DNA from: Octopus vulgaris
Lineage: Eukaryota
Direction: 5' to 3'
Assembly (NCBI GenBank): GCA_951406725.2
Contig: OX597827.1
Location: 80,290,001-80,354,000 of the forward strand
DNA length: 64,000 nt
The notes under the pieces are model-generated. The model made no database searches, was not told the origin of the DNA, and worked only from the letters and a program-made list of their open reading frames with translations. This document shows, one piece after another, positions 1-12,099 of this stretch; position 1 is the stretch's first letter; every line of letters starts with the position of its first letter. A program made the translations under genes and the position numbers.

Positions 1-151
1 GATGATTTGACTATAAGGAATGAACCTGTAAATGGTTATTTCTCAAAGCAATTCAAACAAGAATGCCAACAAAAGAGTCTTTGAAATTTCCCAGTGGGTA
101 ACAGGATTGTCTGACCAAAGTTGATCTTTTCCAACAACTTCAACACAGAAT

Positions 152-500
152 ATCATCATTATCATCATCATTTAACATCCACTTTCCATGCTAGCATGGG
201 TTGGACGATTTGACTGAGGTCTGGCGAACCAGACTCCAATCTGATCTGGCAGAGTTTCTACAGCTGGATGCCCTTCCTAATGCCAACCACTCCGAGAGTG
301 TAGTGGGTGCTTTTACGTGCCACCAGCATGAGGCCCAGTTTGGTCGTACTGGTAATGGCCACGCCCAAATGGTGCTTTTTACATGCCACCTGCACAGGAG
401 CCAGTCTAGCGGCACTGGCGACGACCTTGCTCGAATGTTTCATGTACCACCAGCACAAGTGCTAGTAAGGCAACGCAGGTACCGATCACGCTCGAATCGT
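152..500 (-). mobile_element. RTE-3'-end-related short repeat with (CAT/ATG)n tail
   Basis: catcatcatttaacatccactttccatgctagcatgggttggacg...ggatgcccttcctaatgccaaccac; other copies at about 9378-9688, 10880-11112, 15330-15455, 34655-34810, 42278-42500, 46560-46912 and 47495-47610. Confidence 0.7.
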
Positions 501-543
501 AAATTTAAACTAAGTGGCATTTTAAGCATTTGCAGCAAACAAG

Positions 544-574
<31 letters not shown>

Positions 575-632
575 AAAACCTAACTATACTTATGCTTTTG
601 ATCTTTTTTATTAAATATTTTTTCACAATTAT

Positions 633-1040
633 AGGCGCAGGAGTGGCTGTGTGGTAAGTAGCTTGCTAACCAACCACATGGTTCAGGGTTCAGTCCTACT
701 GTGTGGCATCTTGGGCAAGTGTCTTCTGCTATAGCCTCGGGCTGACCAAAACCTTGTGAGTGGATTTGGTAGATGGAAACTGAAAGAAGCCTGTCGTATA
801 TATGTATATGTATGTGTGTGTATATGTTTGTGTGTCTGTGTTTGTCCCTCTAGCATTGCTTGACAACCGATGCTGGTGTGTTTACGTCCCCGTCACTTAG
901 CGGTTCAGCAAAAGAGACCGATAGAATAAGTACTAGGCTTACAAAGAATAAGTCCCAGGGTCGATTTGCTTGACTAAAGGCGGTGCTCCAGCATGACCGC
1001 AGTCAAAATGACTGAAACAAGTAAAAGAGTAAAAGAGTAA
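633..1040 (+). mobile_element. tRNA-derived SINE (major octopus-type family), full length
   Basis: Head GGCGCAGGAGTGGCTGTGTGGTAAG (A box) and GGTTCAGTCC (B box), central (TA/TG)n, tail ggtgctccagcatg...ctgaaacaagtaaaagagtaaaagag; many copies in the window. Confidence 0.85.
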
Positions 1041-1409
1041 TTCTTTATAAGATCTTTATAATTAGTTTGGAAGACTAACATTCCTAAATCCATTAATGTT
1101 TCAACTTTCACAATCACATTTTCAAAATAAGTGATGCCATTAGACCCCAGAACAAATATAGAAATTTCAGTGTAAGCATGAAACTTGTGAACTCCCTTAT
1201 TCAAACTGTTATGTTAGAACACCAACTTTTTTATCAGCTCACAATGCATTTTCAGCAAGGAGCAGTCATAATTGATTTTAATGAAATTCTCAAAGTGAAA
1301 TTGGATAGAAAAACACTAATTGAGAGACCAGAAATTTTACCTGGAATTCCACAAAAAAAATAAGAATAACTATGGAAGCTTAAATTAAACTTAAATTGAA
1401 CAATAAAAA

Positions 1410-1518
1410 ATATATACATTATTTACATTTGACGGATATTTGTCAGGTGTCGTGGGGAAATTTCAAACCTGGGTTCTCGTTCCTAAGGTATTTTTCGATG
1501 TTGTTGTTGTTGTTATTA

Positions 1519-1563
<45 letters not shown>

Positions 1564-1667
1564 TCACTGCCTGGAATCAAACTCGTAATCTTGGGTTTAG
1601 TAGCCCGTCAAATGTAAATAATGTAAACAATGTACATAATTCCTCATCTCTTAAATATAGAACTGTA
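1410..1667. mobile_element. Internally deleted copy of the 33.9-34.3 kb inverted element
   Basis: Shares ...ggatatttgtc, aggtgtc(t/g)tggggaaattt..aacctgggttctc..tcctaaggta, an (ATT)n spacer and ...tcctcatctcttaaatatagaactgta with 33857-34320; both hammerhead segments are absent. Confidence 0.7.
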
Positions 1668-3497
1668 AAAAATATATGAAATCTATTTGGACTTTCTGTT
1701 TTATAATTCTAAATTTGGTGCCGAGGATTTTGCCTGTTATTAACTCAATCTCAGGAATTAACATTGTATAATTTTAAATCTGGTGTTACTGATTTTCTCA
1801 GTTTCAAAATTATCCCAGAACTTATGAACAACCATTAACAGCTTCTCTGTCTTCTGAAAATGGGATTGCAAAACGTTTATAAACCAATGGGTTCAGGTAC
1901 ATTATTTCTTCTTAATTAAGCATAAAAGACTAATAAGGAAATATAAAAAATCCTTAATGAAAAGATCATAGTTGCAATTTTAATGACACACATCATCATC
2001 ATCATCGTCGTCATTTTATGTTTGCTTTTCCACTTTGGCATGGTTTGAATGATTTTCCTGTGACTGAGAATTTCTTCATCTGTTTGATAAGCACTTACCT
2101 TTTGTGCATTTAGGAAGTCATCTCTTCTCGTCATTTTCCACAGCTCTCAACCGGTATATATATATAATGTATGCATATGTAGTTGAATTGAGCTGAAAAT
2201 ATGCACACCTATGTTAAAAGTGCTAGCGAGTTTGCTCAATTGAACGGCATGGCCTCTAGGGCAAAATTCCTCATCTTTTAAAACGTGGCCTGTGTAGACT
2301 TGAATGAAATCGGGTTACAATACCGAAACAAGTAAAACAATAATAAACTATTTTAATCCTGAGCAAGGCTGGGTATATCTATTTAATCTATAAAATGAAG
2401 AAGGCGAACGTTGATACAAATTGGATTTTTATGTAAAAAGGGGTCTAAATGGGGCTGGAAGGGAATTAAAATTTATAGGAGGGGGTAACTTGAGGTGAGA
2501 AATTGATTGGGAGACGTTTTGGTTGCTTTGCTGTGAAAACGGGGATTTTATTGATTTTGCGGACACTTGGGGATCTAGATTGGATACCTTTTGCCCGATT
2601 TCAATTAAATTTTCAATATGGTAAAGTGGAAGCAGATTTGTAATTCAAGCGTGGAAATCTAATTTTTTATAAATGGGAAAGAGATAGAGAAAGATAGAGT
2701 AAGAGAAAGCGAGGGAGAGTCCGAGAGAAAGGAAGAATAAGAGAGTGGGAAAACTGAAAATGTGTGTGTGTGTGTGTGTATTAGTATGTCCTCATTTTGT
2801 GCCAAAATGGCTCGCCCGAGTTTTCTTAAACTTCACATGCACATTTAAGTATAAATGGAGTTCGAAAAAATCTTCAGATAAAAGGCGGGAGGAATAACAT
2901 TTGGGTGTGGTTGAACGGCGGGTGTAATTATTTTAAGCTTCCAAGGGAAATAACCCATTCCCTCCTTCGTAAATTATTTGGTAAAAATGAAATTGAATAT
3001 ACTTATTTCTTTGTTTTTGAACTATTTTAGTTTTCTCAATTTATCCAGTACAATGCTTAAACAAGTAAACAGTATTCTCCTAAACAATAGATTCACTTAT
3101 TTTGGTTAGTGACTTATTCACGAATATACCAACACTAGCACTGCTGAGGGTAATATTCTCGTGGGAACGCACAAAAGCATTTTTCACAGTTAATTACTTT
3201 GAATTATTTGAACTCTTACTATAGGGTAATTAATTTCATGTTATTACATAACTGACTTCACAATTTGGGTATTCATAACTTATTGGGAATTCCTAAAAAC
3301 AAGATCCTTTGTAAGACAGTTCGGTATTCTCAATAAATACACAAAAACTGTTTTAAGGGCTACATACTTTGTGTTGTTGTTTGGATTAGTGAAATAATTA
3401 TGAGAATGGAACCGCTTTCCCGGGAATTCCCAGAATTACCGGGCATGTCACCTGGTATATATATATATATATATTTATATATTTATATTTATCCACC

Positions 3498-3532
<35 letters not shown>

Positions 3533-3558
3533 ATATGCTTTCAGTGCAAATGGTTTTG

Positions 3559-4056
3559 TTATATGATGTCGTATTTTACAATCCTGTAAATAATAATAAC
3601 GGTATTTTTATATAAGCTTAAATTTTATGGCATTCACCATGCAATGACTAAAAAAAATAGTCTAATACCGGGGCATATAAGAATTACTGCCTTTGTTTAC
3701 ATTACCATCACATATGTATCAATTATTTTCGTATCCTCACCGGTCCATCTATCTATATTCGCATTCTGAAGAGATTTACTTAAACCAGTAAATTGAAACG
3801 ATCGTTAATGCGACCTTCATCTCTGCTTCTTCCCTCTTTGTTATCTAATTAATTAAAGACATACCAGCGAAAACCACGAGTTTCCCAATGTTATCCATTT
3901 TCTTCTCCTGTATAACTTAAACTTCAGTTTACCCCCTGCTACCATACAACCTTACAAAAGACTGTACCTACCCAGGTAATAACCAGGAGCAACTCTGGAT
4001 TTAATTATCCCTTAGAGGTATTAAACCCCTCTAACTGATACCTACACAACATACAT

Positions 4057-4108
<52 letters not shown>

Positions 4109-4209
4109 ATTTTTTAGTCATTGCATGGTGAATGCCATAAACTTTAAGCTTATATAAAAATACCATTATTATTATTATTTACTGGATTGTAAAATACAGC
4201 GTCATATAA
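3559..4209. mobile_element. Hammerhead-carrying non-autonomous element with about 100-bp inverted repeats (Penelope pLTR-like)
   Basis: Inverted repeats about 3559-3659 and 4108-4209; hammerhead at 3759-3813; embedded in (TA)/(CA) tracts. Confidence 0.6.
3759..3813 (+). ncRNA. Type I minimal hammerhead ribozyme, intact consensus
   Basis: Stem I UCGCAUU/AAUGCGA (7 bp); core CUGAAGA 3766-3772; stem II GAUUUACU/AGUAAAUU; GAAAC 3795-3799; palindromic stem III AACGAUCGUU; cleavage triplet GUU 3804-3806. Confidence 0.85.
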
Positions 4210-4229
4210 ACATACACATATATACATAT

Positions 4230-4575
4230 AGGTGCAGGAGTGGCTGTGTGGTAAGAAGCTTTCTTACCAACCACATGGTCCGGGATCCAGTCCCACTGCG
4301 TGGCACCTTGGGCAAGTGTCTTCTACTATAGCCTTGGGCCAATCAAAGTGGATTTGGTAGAGAGAAACTGAAAGAAGCCCATCGTATATATATATATATA
4401 TATATGTTTGTATGTCTGTGTCCCCACCATCGCTTGACAACAGATGCTGGTGTTTTTATGTCCCATAGCAGTTCGGCAAAAGACATCGATAGAATAAGTT
4501 CTGGGATCGATTTGTTTGACTAAAGGTGGTGCTCCAGCATGGCTGCAGTCAAATTAATGAAACAAATAAAAGAAT
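4230..4575 (+). mobile_element. tRNA-derived SINE copy
   Basis: Colinear with 633-1040. Confidence 0.85.
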
Positions 4576-4758
4576 GTATGTATGTATGTAAGTTAACGTA
4601 TATGTGTATACACACAAATTAACATATATACATACATATAAATACAAACACACACACACACACACATATGCATATAAGATGGGTTGGATGTGATGTTAAT
4701 GGAAGTGCAATAACTCTTGAAATATCTCTATATTCCCATTATCTATCTTTCCTATCTT

Positions 4759-5034
4759 CAATTGTATTGTTACGGAGATGTACCTGCATAGCAAGTGATT
4801 GGATCTGAGATCGTGTGCTGAAACGAAAACAATTGCAGCGTGGAAGGTGTTTGTAAGCCATTTAAGAAACACACAAAAGCCGTTCGATTCACTTCAACAT
4901 TTAAGTGAACAGGTCGCGGTCTTAAAGCGACGAATATTTTGACAAATTAAACGTAAATGTTGAAGTGAATCGAATGGCTTTTGTGTGTTTCTTAAATGGC
5001 TTACAAATACCTTCCACGCTGCAATTGTATTGTT
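4759..5034. mobile_element. Small inverted-repeat element with 13-bp target-site duplication (Penelope-like)
   Basis: 75-bp arms 4829-4903 / 4954-5028; direct repeat CAATTGTATTGTT at 4759-4771 and 5022-5034; hammerhead remnant in the loop. Confidence 0.7.
4905..4944 (+). ncRNA. Truncated hammerhead remnant, G3:C8 core variant
   Basis: GUGAACA (4905-4911)-G-GUCGC ggucuuaaa GCGAC-GAA-UAUUUUGACA. A15.1 and the 5' strand of stem I are missing. Confidence 0.35.
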
Positions 5035-5827
5035 TATATAGATGTATTCATATACAAAACATCCTGAGAGAGAGAAAGGGAGAGATGATTTGTTTTGGCA
5101 ATATGGTGAGAAAGAGCAGGGTACGGTGAGAGGATCAGTGTTGTAGTTGTGAGAGAGTAGTAGTGAAGAGAGTGACAGAGTTGTCACAATTGAAGGAGAG
5201 GGGCAAAGGAAGAGGGAACTGATGGGATTGAAATGAGAAAGGGAGTGAGAAGGGAGTGGTAAGGCTGATGAGGTGTGTTGTGTGCAGGTTGTCCAGGGCC
5301 ATCCTAAATTATGATATTGTTCATTCATACTCACCATTATAACGTTGGATGGATGGAAAGAGCGGAAGAAGGGAGCATGGACGAAAGAAAAGAGGTAGAA
5401 AGAGAGAGAGAGAGAGATGGTTGGGTGCGGGGGGGCAAGCAAGTAAGCATCATATGTGGTGAGATGAGAGCTATGGTCGATAGAGTGATAGCTGAGGTGA
5501 ACAGGGAAATAGATACACACACACACACACACACGTGTACCTGCATACACACCATGGTCATCCTTGTAAGTCTCTTTTTGCCATGCTTGCTTGACAGACA
5601 AAAATTGCTCGTCTTTGTTGTGTCCATCATAGTTTTTAGAATGTTGTTCATGGTTGAACGGTCTCCTTTTTGTCGTCCAGGTTCCAAGATGAACCGGGTT
5701 ATTCTGTCATGCTGCTGATCCTCTCTTCCCTGCATCAAATTTTATTCAACCTCACGGCCCCCTTACAAAGGTTGCCTTTCTGCACTTGGTCTCTTCCAAG
5801 CGATAAAGGCAGAACTCTCTTTGAATA

Positions 5828-6024
5828 TTACTCTTTTACTTGTTTCAGTCATTTGACTGTGGCCATGATGGAGCACCACCTTTAGTTGAGCAAATTGACC
5901 CCAGGACTTATTCTTTGTAAGCCTAGTACTTATTCTATCTGTCTCTTTTGCCGAACTGCTAAGTTACGGGGATGTAAACACACCAGCCTTGGTTGTCAAG
6001 CGATGTTGGGGGTACAAACACAAG

Positions 6025-6064
<40 letters not shown>

Positions 6065-6250
6065 CATATATACATATACATATATACGTGGGCTTCTTTC
6101 AGTTTCCGTCTACCAAATCCACTCACAATGCTTTGGTCAGCCCGAGGCTATAGTAGAAGACACTTGCCCAAGGTGCCACGCAGTGGGACTGAACCCTGAA
6201 CCATGTGGTTGGTAAGCAAGCTACTTACCACACAGCCACTCCTGCGCCTA
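5828..6250 (-). mobile_element. tRNA-derived SINE copy
   Basis: Reverse complement of the 633-1040 family. Confidence 0.85.
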
Positions 6251-7517
6251 TATATTGTTGAGTTTATGTAAGTGAACTCTCATACATTTACATGTATGTA
6301 TAAACAACTTCCGAGTTGCAAAGAAAGTAGATATTTATATGGAGGAAGCTGCAGTAACAAAGTTTGTTGTGAATTAACATTGATAAAAATAAGGTTTTGT
6401 AGCATAAAATTGATAAACGTGTTGTTGTTTAGGTAGGAAAGAGAAAGAAAAAGAATTCAAGAAAATCATTAGGTTAGAGCAAATATTATAATGTAAATAG
6501 AGACAGCTGCTTATTAAATGTGATGCAGAAATATCGATTGGGAAATGAAAAGAAAAAAGGGGAGGATGGAGCCAAGGTAGTGTTACTGCTTTGTATCGTG
6601 TAATTACTGAGAATAGCAATGATAAAAGGATAGAAAATGAGAGTAGCAAGGGAGAGGAAGGGCCAGAGAGAAAGAGATGGGAGGAGGGCCAGAAATAGTG
6701 AGAGAGGAAGAGAAAGAAGGACTCCCTTACCACCATCTTGAGACAAAAAGAAAAATGGTTTTGTATACTGTAAAATGGAGATATTATGGCATGGACAGTG
6801 AAAAGCAAACAACTAAAGGAGAAGGGCATACATATATATATTTTTATTGTGAACCATGATATATTTAAAGCATAATACATACATAAAATACATTATCATC
6901 ATCGTGTGTGTGTGTGTGTGTGGACGATGCAGATGGTTAGGCAGGAGTAGTAAAGGTGAATGTAGAGATGAATGAACAAAGGAGGAGTTGTGGTTGATGT
7001 TAAGAGTCAGTTTGGAGAAAAATATGAAAGAAATAAGTGAGGAAGGAGGAGGTGAGAATTAGCTGTGCAGGAAAGGGTGGATAGCAGCTGTGGAGAGATG
7101 AAAAAGGGAGAGTATGATGTTGGGAGAGATGTGCAGTGATGGAGATGGAGATGAGAAGTGCATAATGGTGGCTAAAGTGAGTGGAGAACAAAGGTTGGGG
7201 AGTGTTGGGAGGGTACGAAGGGGAAATAAAGGCAGTTCTAAGTTGTAGCTGAGAGGAGGAGGAGAGAGAACTGGAAGCAAAGTGGGAAAAAAAGTGGAAA
7301 GGTGTGATATTAAGAATGAGAGATGAATTTTGAAAGGAAGTGGTTCCAAGAACCGGGTGAAGTAACTGATAGCACAGAATAGGGATAAAATGTGTGTAGA
7401 TTCTGCTGTCATAGCAGCTGAATAGTGCCATAGTTAGAAGGATGGTTGAGGGATGGGTGTCAGAAAGATGAGAAGTGAGGAAGATTTGATAGGGAGAGAA
7501 TGGATGCAAGTGCAAGG

Positions 7518-7544
<27 letters not shown>

Positions 7545-7549
<5 letters not shown>

Positions 7550-8190
7550 GAATGTGTGGGAAGAGGATTGAAAGCATGACTCATGTTGTTAGTGTTTGTG
7601 AAAGTGTTGCACAGAAAGAGTACAAGTGCAGACATGACAAGGTACCCCCAGACCTTCACTGGCTGCAATGCAGGAAGTATGGATATGAGGTTACGGGTGC
7701 TTGGTACCCACATACACTGGAAAAGGTAATGGGTGAAAAGGGGAAGGCAAAGATCTTCTGGGACTTTGACTTCCAGACAGACAAAGTGTTAGAGCCGGAT
7801 GTAGTAACCTTTAGGAGGGAGAAACAAGAGTGCCTAATAATCGATGTGGCAGTGCCAGAAGATCAATATATTATTATGAAAGAAAGATAAAAAATTGATA
7901 AATATGGAGACCTGAGAATTGAGATTACCAAGATGTGGCAGCTATGGGAGTCAAACAAAAGGGTTTTCCCTATTGTCATCAGAGCATTGGGTTCGATACA
8001 ACCCAACCTGAAGAAACATCTGGAAACTTTAGAAATACCCTGCAATCTAGGTGTATTGCAAAAATTGGCACTACTTGGAACTGTGCATATATTGTGTAAA
8101 GTACTTGTGACTTGACAGACAGTACAAACCCCCAGGAGACACAATATCTTCAATCAACATCATGATATTGGGTACTGTGTGATGTCTTAA
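7545..8190 (+). pseudogene. R4/Dong-like LINE 3' fragment
   Basis: RMCGKRIESMTHVVSVC..RHDKV, WDFDFQTD..PDVV..IIDVAVP, KYGDLRIEITKMW, LQKLALLGTVHIL; a similar older fragment lies at about 27580-28230. Confidence 0.8.
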
Positions 8191-8319
8191 ATAATAATAA
8201 TAATAATAATACTAAACTTATTGTATACAGTGCTCAGGTGCACCACAGCTCATCAGAAAAAGTAACCAGCTTTATTCAGCTGTAATATTCTTTAGTGACA
8301 TGTGTTTTGTTACAGGTGC

Positions 8320-8600
8320 CATTGTAAGACATATGTGGAAGGCAAGATCTTTATGGGTATTCTGTCAAGGAATAACGGATATGTTGATGAATCTACAAAA
8401 GTCCGGAATCCCTGTTTTTCGATTTGGAAAGCAATCCAGGATGCCAAACAGAACAAGAGAAGCTTGACCTAGCTAATGCGTATGGTTCAGTGCCACACGA
8501 ATTACTGATAAGAGCCATTGACTACTTTCACATTCCAAAGTGATCAAAATAATGAGGATGTACCATGACAGTTTCGAAATGAGGTTCCTACACTAAAAAG
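8320..8600 (+). pseudogene. R2/Hero-like RT fragment
   Basis: LDLANAYGSVPHELLIRAIDYFHIP read at about 8463-8537. Confidence 0.65.
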
Positions 8601-9122
8601 TCTTTCAAATCAAGGATGTATTATTATTATTATTATCTGTGGCATTCTATGTTAAATTTGTTATCCATATTCATACCACAGAATTACTTTCGTTTAGCGC
8701 TTTCAGTTTTAGTTATACAAATTACAATTGCTAGAAAGGTACTAGGCTCTTTTACTGTTTATTTATAATTGTCTACACTCAAAAAGATCTTTGATAGACT
8801 GAAAAAGCTAAACCAAGACCAAAGGGGTTACATTGCGATTGCTTGACACTAAAATCAAGTTGAGATTTTCCCTTTTTTCATAATTACGGAAATTCAGCAA
8901 AATAATTCTTGATCTCTCGAAATTATCTCCCTTTCACCTTCAGACTTGTTAACGGGGAAATTTGAGTGATTTCATTTGGTTCTTTACACATTTATATATA
9001 TAACACTAAATGAGTCACCTTGTGTGTGTGTACAATGGTAATGAGGTTTATTACGAAGTGGCATAGCATTACCTTTAATTTTTTTTCTATGTCTATACAG
9101 CTTTACATAGACCTACATAAGA

Positions 9123-9159
9123 CTATTGAAAAGGTTGCAAGGCACAACGAAAATTCTAG
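9123..9159 (+). ncRNA. Minimal hammerhead, U3:A8 core variant
   Basis: CUA-UUGAAAA-G-GUUG caaggca CAAC-GAAA-A-UUC-UAG. Stem I CUA/UAG, stem II GUUG/CAAC, palindromic AAUU stem III, triplet UUC. Same family as 22231-22267. Confidence 0.55.
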
Positions 9160-9377
9160 GAAAATAAAAATAAGAAATTAGTGGAAATTTTACTGGTGAA
9201 TGTGTTAAATTATAAGGCACAAAAAGAAAATGACTCTCCCCAGACACAATAGAATATTCAATGGAATATATCACTAAATTCTTGTTTCATCAGAATATTA
9301 TTGGGTTTATATATTAACTGTTGAATAACCTATTTTGAATACCTAACTGAGAGCAAACTGGTAAATGTTTGGAGTAA

Positions 9378-9688
9378 TCCTGGCATGTAAAAGCACCATC
9401 CAAATGTGGTCGATGCCAGCCCCATCTGGCTCCCATGCCGGTGGCACATAAAAGCACCATCCAAATGTCGTTGATTCCAGCTCCCTCTGGCCCCTGTGCC
9501 GGTGGCATGTAAAAAGTACCCACTACACTCTCAGAGTGGTTGGTTTTAGGAAGGGCATCCAACTGTAGAAACACTGCCAGATCAGATTGGAGCCTGGTGC
9601 AGCCACCTGGCTTCCCAGACCCCAGTTGAACCATCCAACCCATGCCAGCATGGAAAACAGACGTTAAACGATGACAATGATGATGATA
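9378..9688 (+). mobile_element. RTE-tail-related short repeat copy
   Basis: Reverse complement of the 152-500 family with internal ~60-bp repeats (gtggcac.taaaagcacc). Confidence 0.7.
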
Positions 9689-12099
9689 TATATATGCCCT
9701 TGTTTGAATAATTTATTTCTTTGGAGGTTCCGCTAGCTAAGAAACATATGTAGTCTAGAGTTTATCTACTCCATTCCCAAATTTTTGAATGTTTATTCGC
9801 ATCTACAACAACCCCTGATACAGCTGACAGGGCAGGATTAGTCTGAGTGGGGAGGGAGGGATAAACATAGGCATGAAAAAGAGGAAATGTGAGGAAGAGG
9901 AGGAGGGATGCAGTTTGGATTATTGGGACAGGATGTGTGAGAAATTTAAAGTTACATGTGGGTGGAATACACAGCACTTCCAGAACTCAGTTTTGCTAGG
10001 GTGGGTGGTTCTTCTCAAGGACCTCATACCGCCAGACATCTCAGCCCATTGTCATCTCCTCTGTGAGGCCCACCATCCTGAGATTGGTCCTCACTACTTT
10101 GTCCCATGTCTTCCTGGATCTTTCTCTTCCACACGTCTCATCCACTTTATGCAGTCAGCACTTCTTTATACACCTGTCTTCGTTCCTATGCATGTCATGC
10201 CCAAACCTTTGTAGTCTTCTTTCTTGCATGCTACACCTTATTCCTTTTATATCCAACTTTTCTCTCAGCATATTTGCACTTGGTCGTTGATATTGCATAA
10301 CCATCAGAGCATGCTAGCTTCATTCCTCTCTAGTCTACATCTGTCTTCTGCATTCAGAGCTTATGTCTCACTACTGTAGAATATAGTCACTCATACATAA
10401 ACATCATATAATCTACCTTTCACTCTTGGCAGAGAGTCTTTTTGTTGCCAACACAGGTGATAGTTCTCTGAACTTCCTCCATTCTATTCCTATTCTCGCA
10501 ACAATATTTTCAGAATATCCTCCATCACTACTAATTTGATCACCCAGAAGAAGTTAAACCTCCATTTCTTACCTGTGAGGAATGTAGTGGAGGCTCCCCT
10601 CTATCTTACTTCATGCACACCACACATATCAACATGCTGTCATACCAGCATTTCAATAATCTCATCAGTCCTTCCTTTCATTGTGCTTACATTGATGATG
10701 ATAGCCCTGAAATTGTGCACTTAAGAGGAACAGAAGGAAGACAATCATTGGAGAACTTTTTTTTAACACCTGTAATATTTATGTATATAATCGTATTAAT
10801 TTATATTTATACCCGTCCTCCACAGCAGAGGTGTTTAAGCCATATCCTCTGGTGAAGAAGATTGGCCTGCAAGAGTCTTGTGCTGGTGCCACATAAAAAG
10901 CTCTTGTGCAATGTAGGAGGCACTTATTTGAGTGCCACATGAAAGCACCCAGCATACCCTGTAAAATTGTTGGCATTAGGAAGGGCATTCAACCATAGAA
11001 ACCAGGCCAGATCAGACTGGAACCTAGCACAGCTTCCCAGCTCTGGTTAAACCACTCAGTCCATGCCAGCATGGAAAACAAACATTAAAGGATAAAGATG
11101 ATGATGATGATGATTGATATTTATATTCATAAAATATATATGCCATGTAGTGTTGAAACACACATGACTAAAATAATTAAATGCAAGACCATAACTTTTA
11201 CTTCTGGACTTAATGAATAAATGTTCTGCGAGGAATTCATTAACACTGGAATTTTGGTTTGTATTAGTTTCATTACTTTTTGAGTAAAGAGAGTTTCTGA
11301 TATTTGTAAATATGTGGTTGAGTTGATGTGTTGGTTGAACTCTTGATGCATATGCTCTAGTGTACATCTATTCACATAAGAATCTCAGATGGAGAATTTG
11401 GGGAATGCCTCACAAATCGTCACTGAGTCACCAGTAAATTTGATTTAGATAATCCACATCAGTTTCTTTTGCTCTTTCTTCATGAAACCAAGTATTTCTA
11501 GGTTTTTGTGCAAATTTGTTGTCACACAGTCTAATGCACACATGATGATTAGAGAGAGAGAGAGAGAGAGAGTGAGTGTGTGTGTGGATGCATGCATGTA
11601 TGAATGTATAATTAAGCAAATTCAGAAGTGAGAGATAAAAATATTTATTCCATATGTTTACAGCTTTTTCATAATCTGTATGCAGTTACATCATCAGTTC
11701 CAGAGCATCCCACACAGATATTAGTATACATATAGATGTACACAGATAGTTGTATTGTAACATAAAGAGTAAGATTATTCTTCAATACATTTTACATGCA
11801 TTCAATATTTGGCTCTCCACTTTTATAATTCCGAGATTTTCAGAAGCACGGTGATATTAATTTATATCCCAAACTGAACTATTCTGTTCTTGTTATCTGA
11901 ACATCCTGTGGGGAGCTATCTGTGAATGTTGTTTGAGTTCTTGAATCCCTATTCCCAGTTTTATATACCTATGTACACACAGACATACATACAAATGCAT
12001 GCATGCACACACAGACACACACACACACATACACATGCATGTGCATGCACATATATTTAGTGATACTTGTAACCTGGTGTTAGAACTCAATTTACATAT

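Noticed and set aside
633-715. tRNA-like A/B boxes
   Set aside because: SINE heads with no complete cloverleaf; no true tRNA gene seen.
2160-3450. Possible Helitron/Helentron-like non-autonomous element
   Set aside because: Hairpin-like ends are suggestive but no clear CTRR terminus or second copy was found.
4894-7713. 235-, 168- and 237-aa S/L/F/P-rich minus-strand ORFs
   Set aside because: Arise from purine-rich + strand low-complexity or repeat sequence; no domain motifs or splice support.
9378-9530. Regularly spaced ~60-bp repeats resembling a CRISPR array (also 46570-46750)
   Set aside because: Internal tandem units of an interspersed repeat in eukaryotic DNA; spacers are homologous and there are no cas genes.
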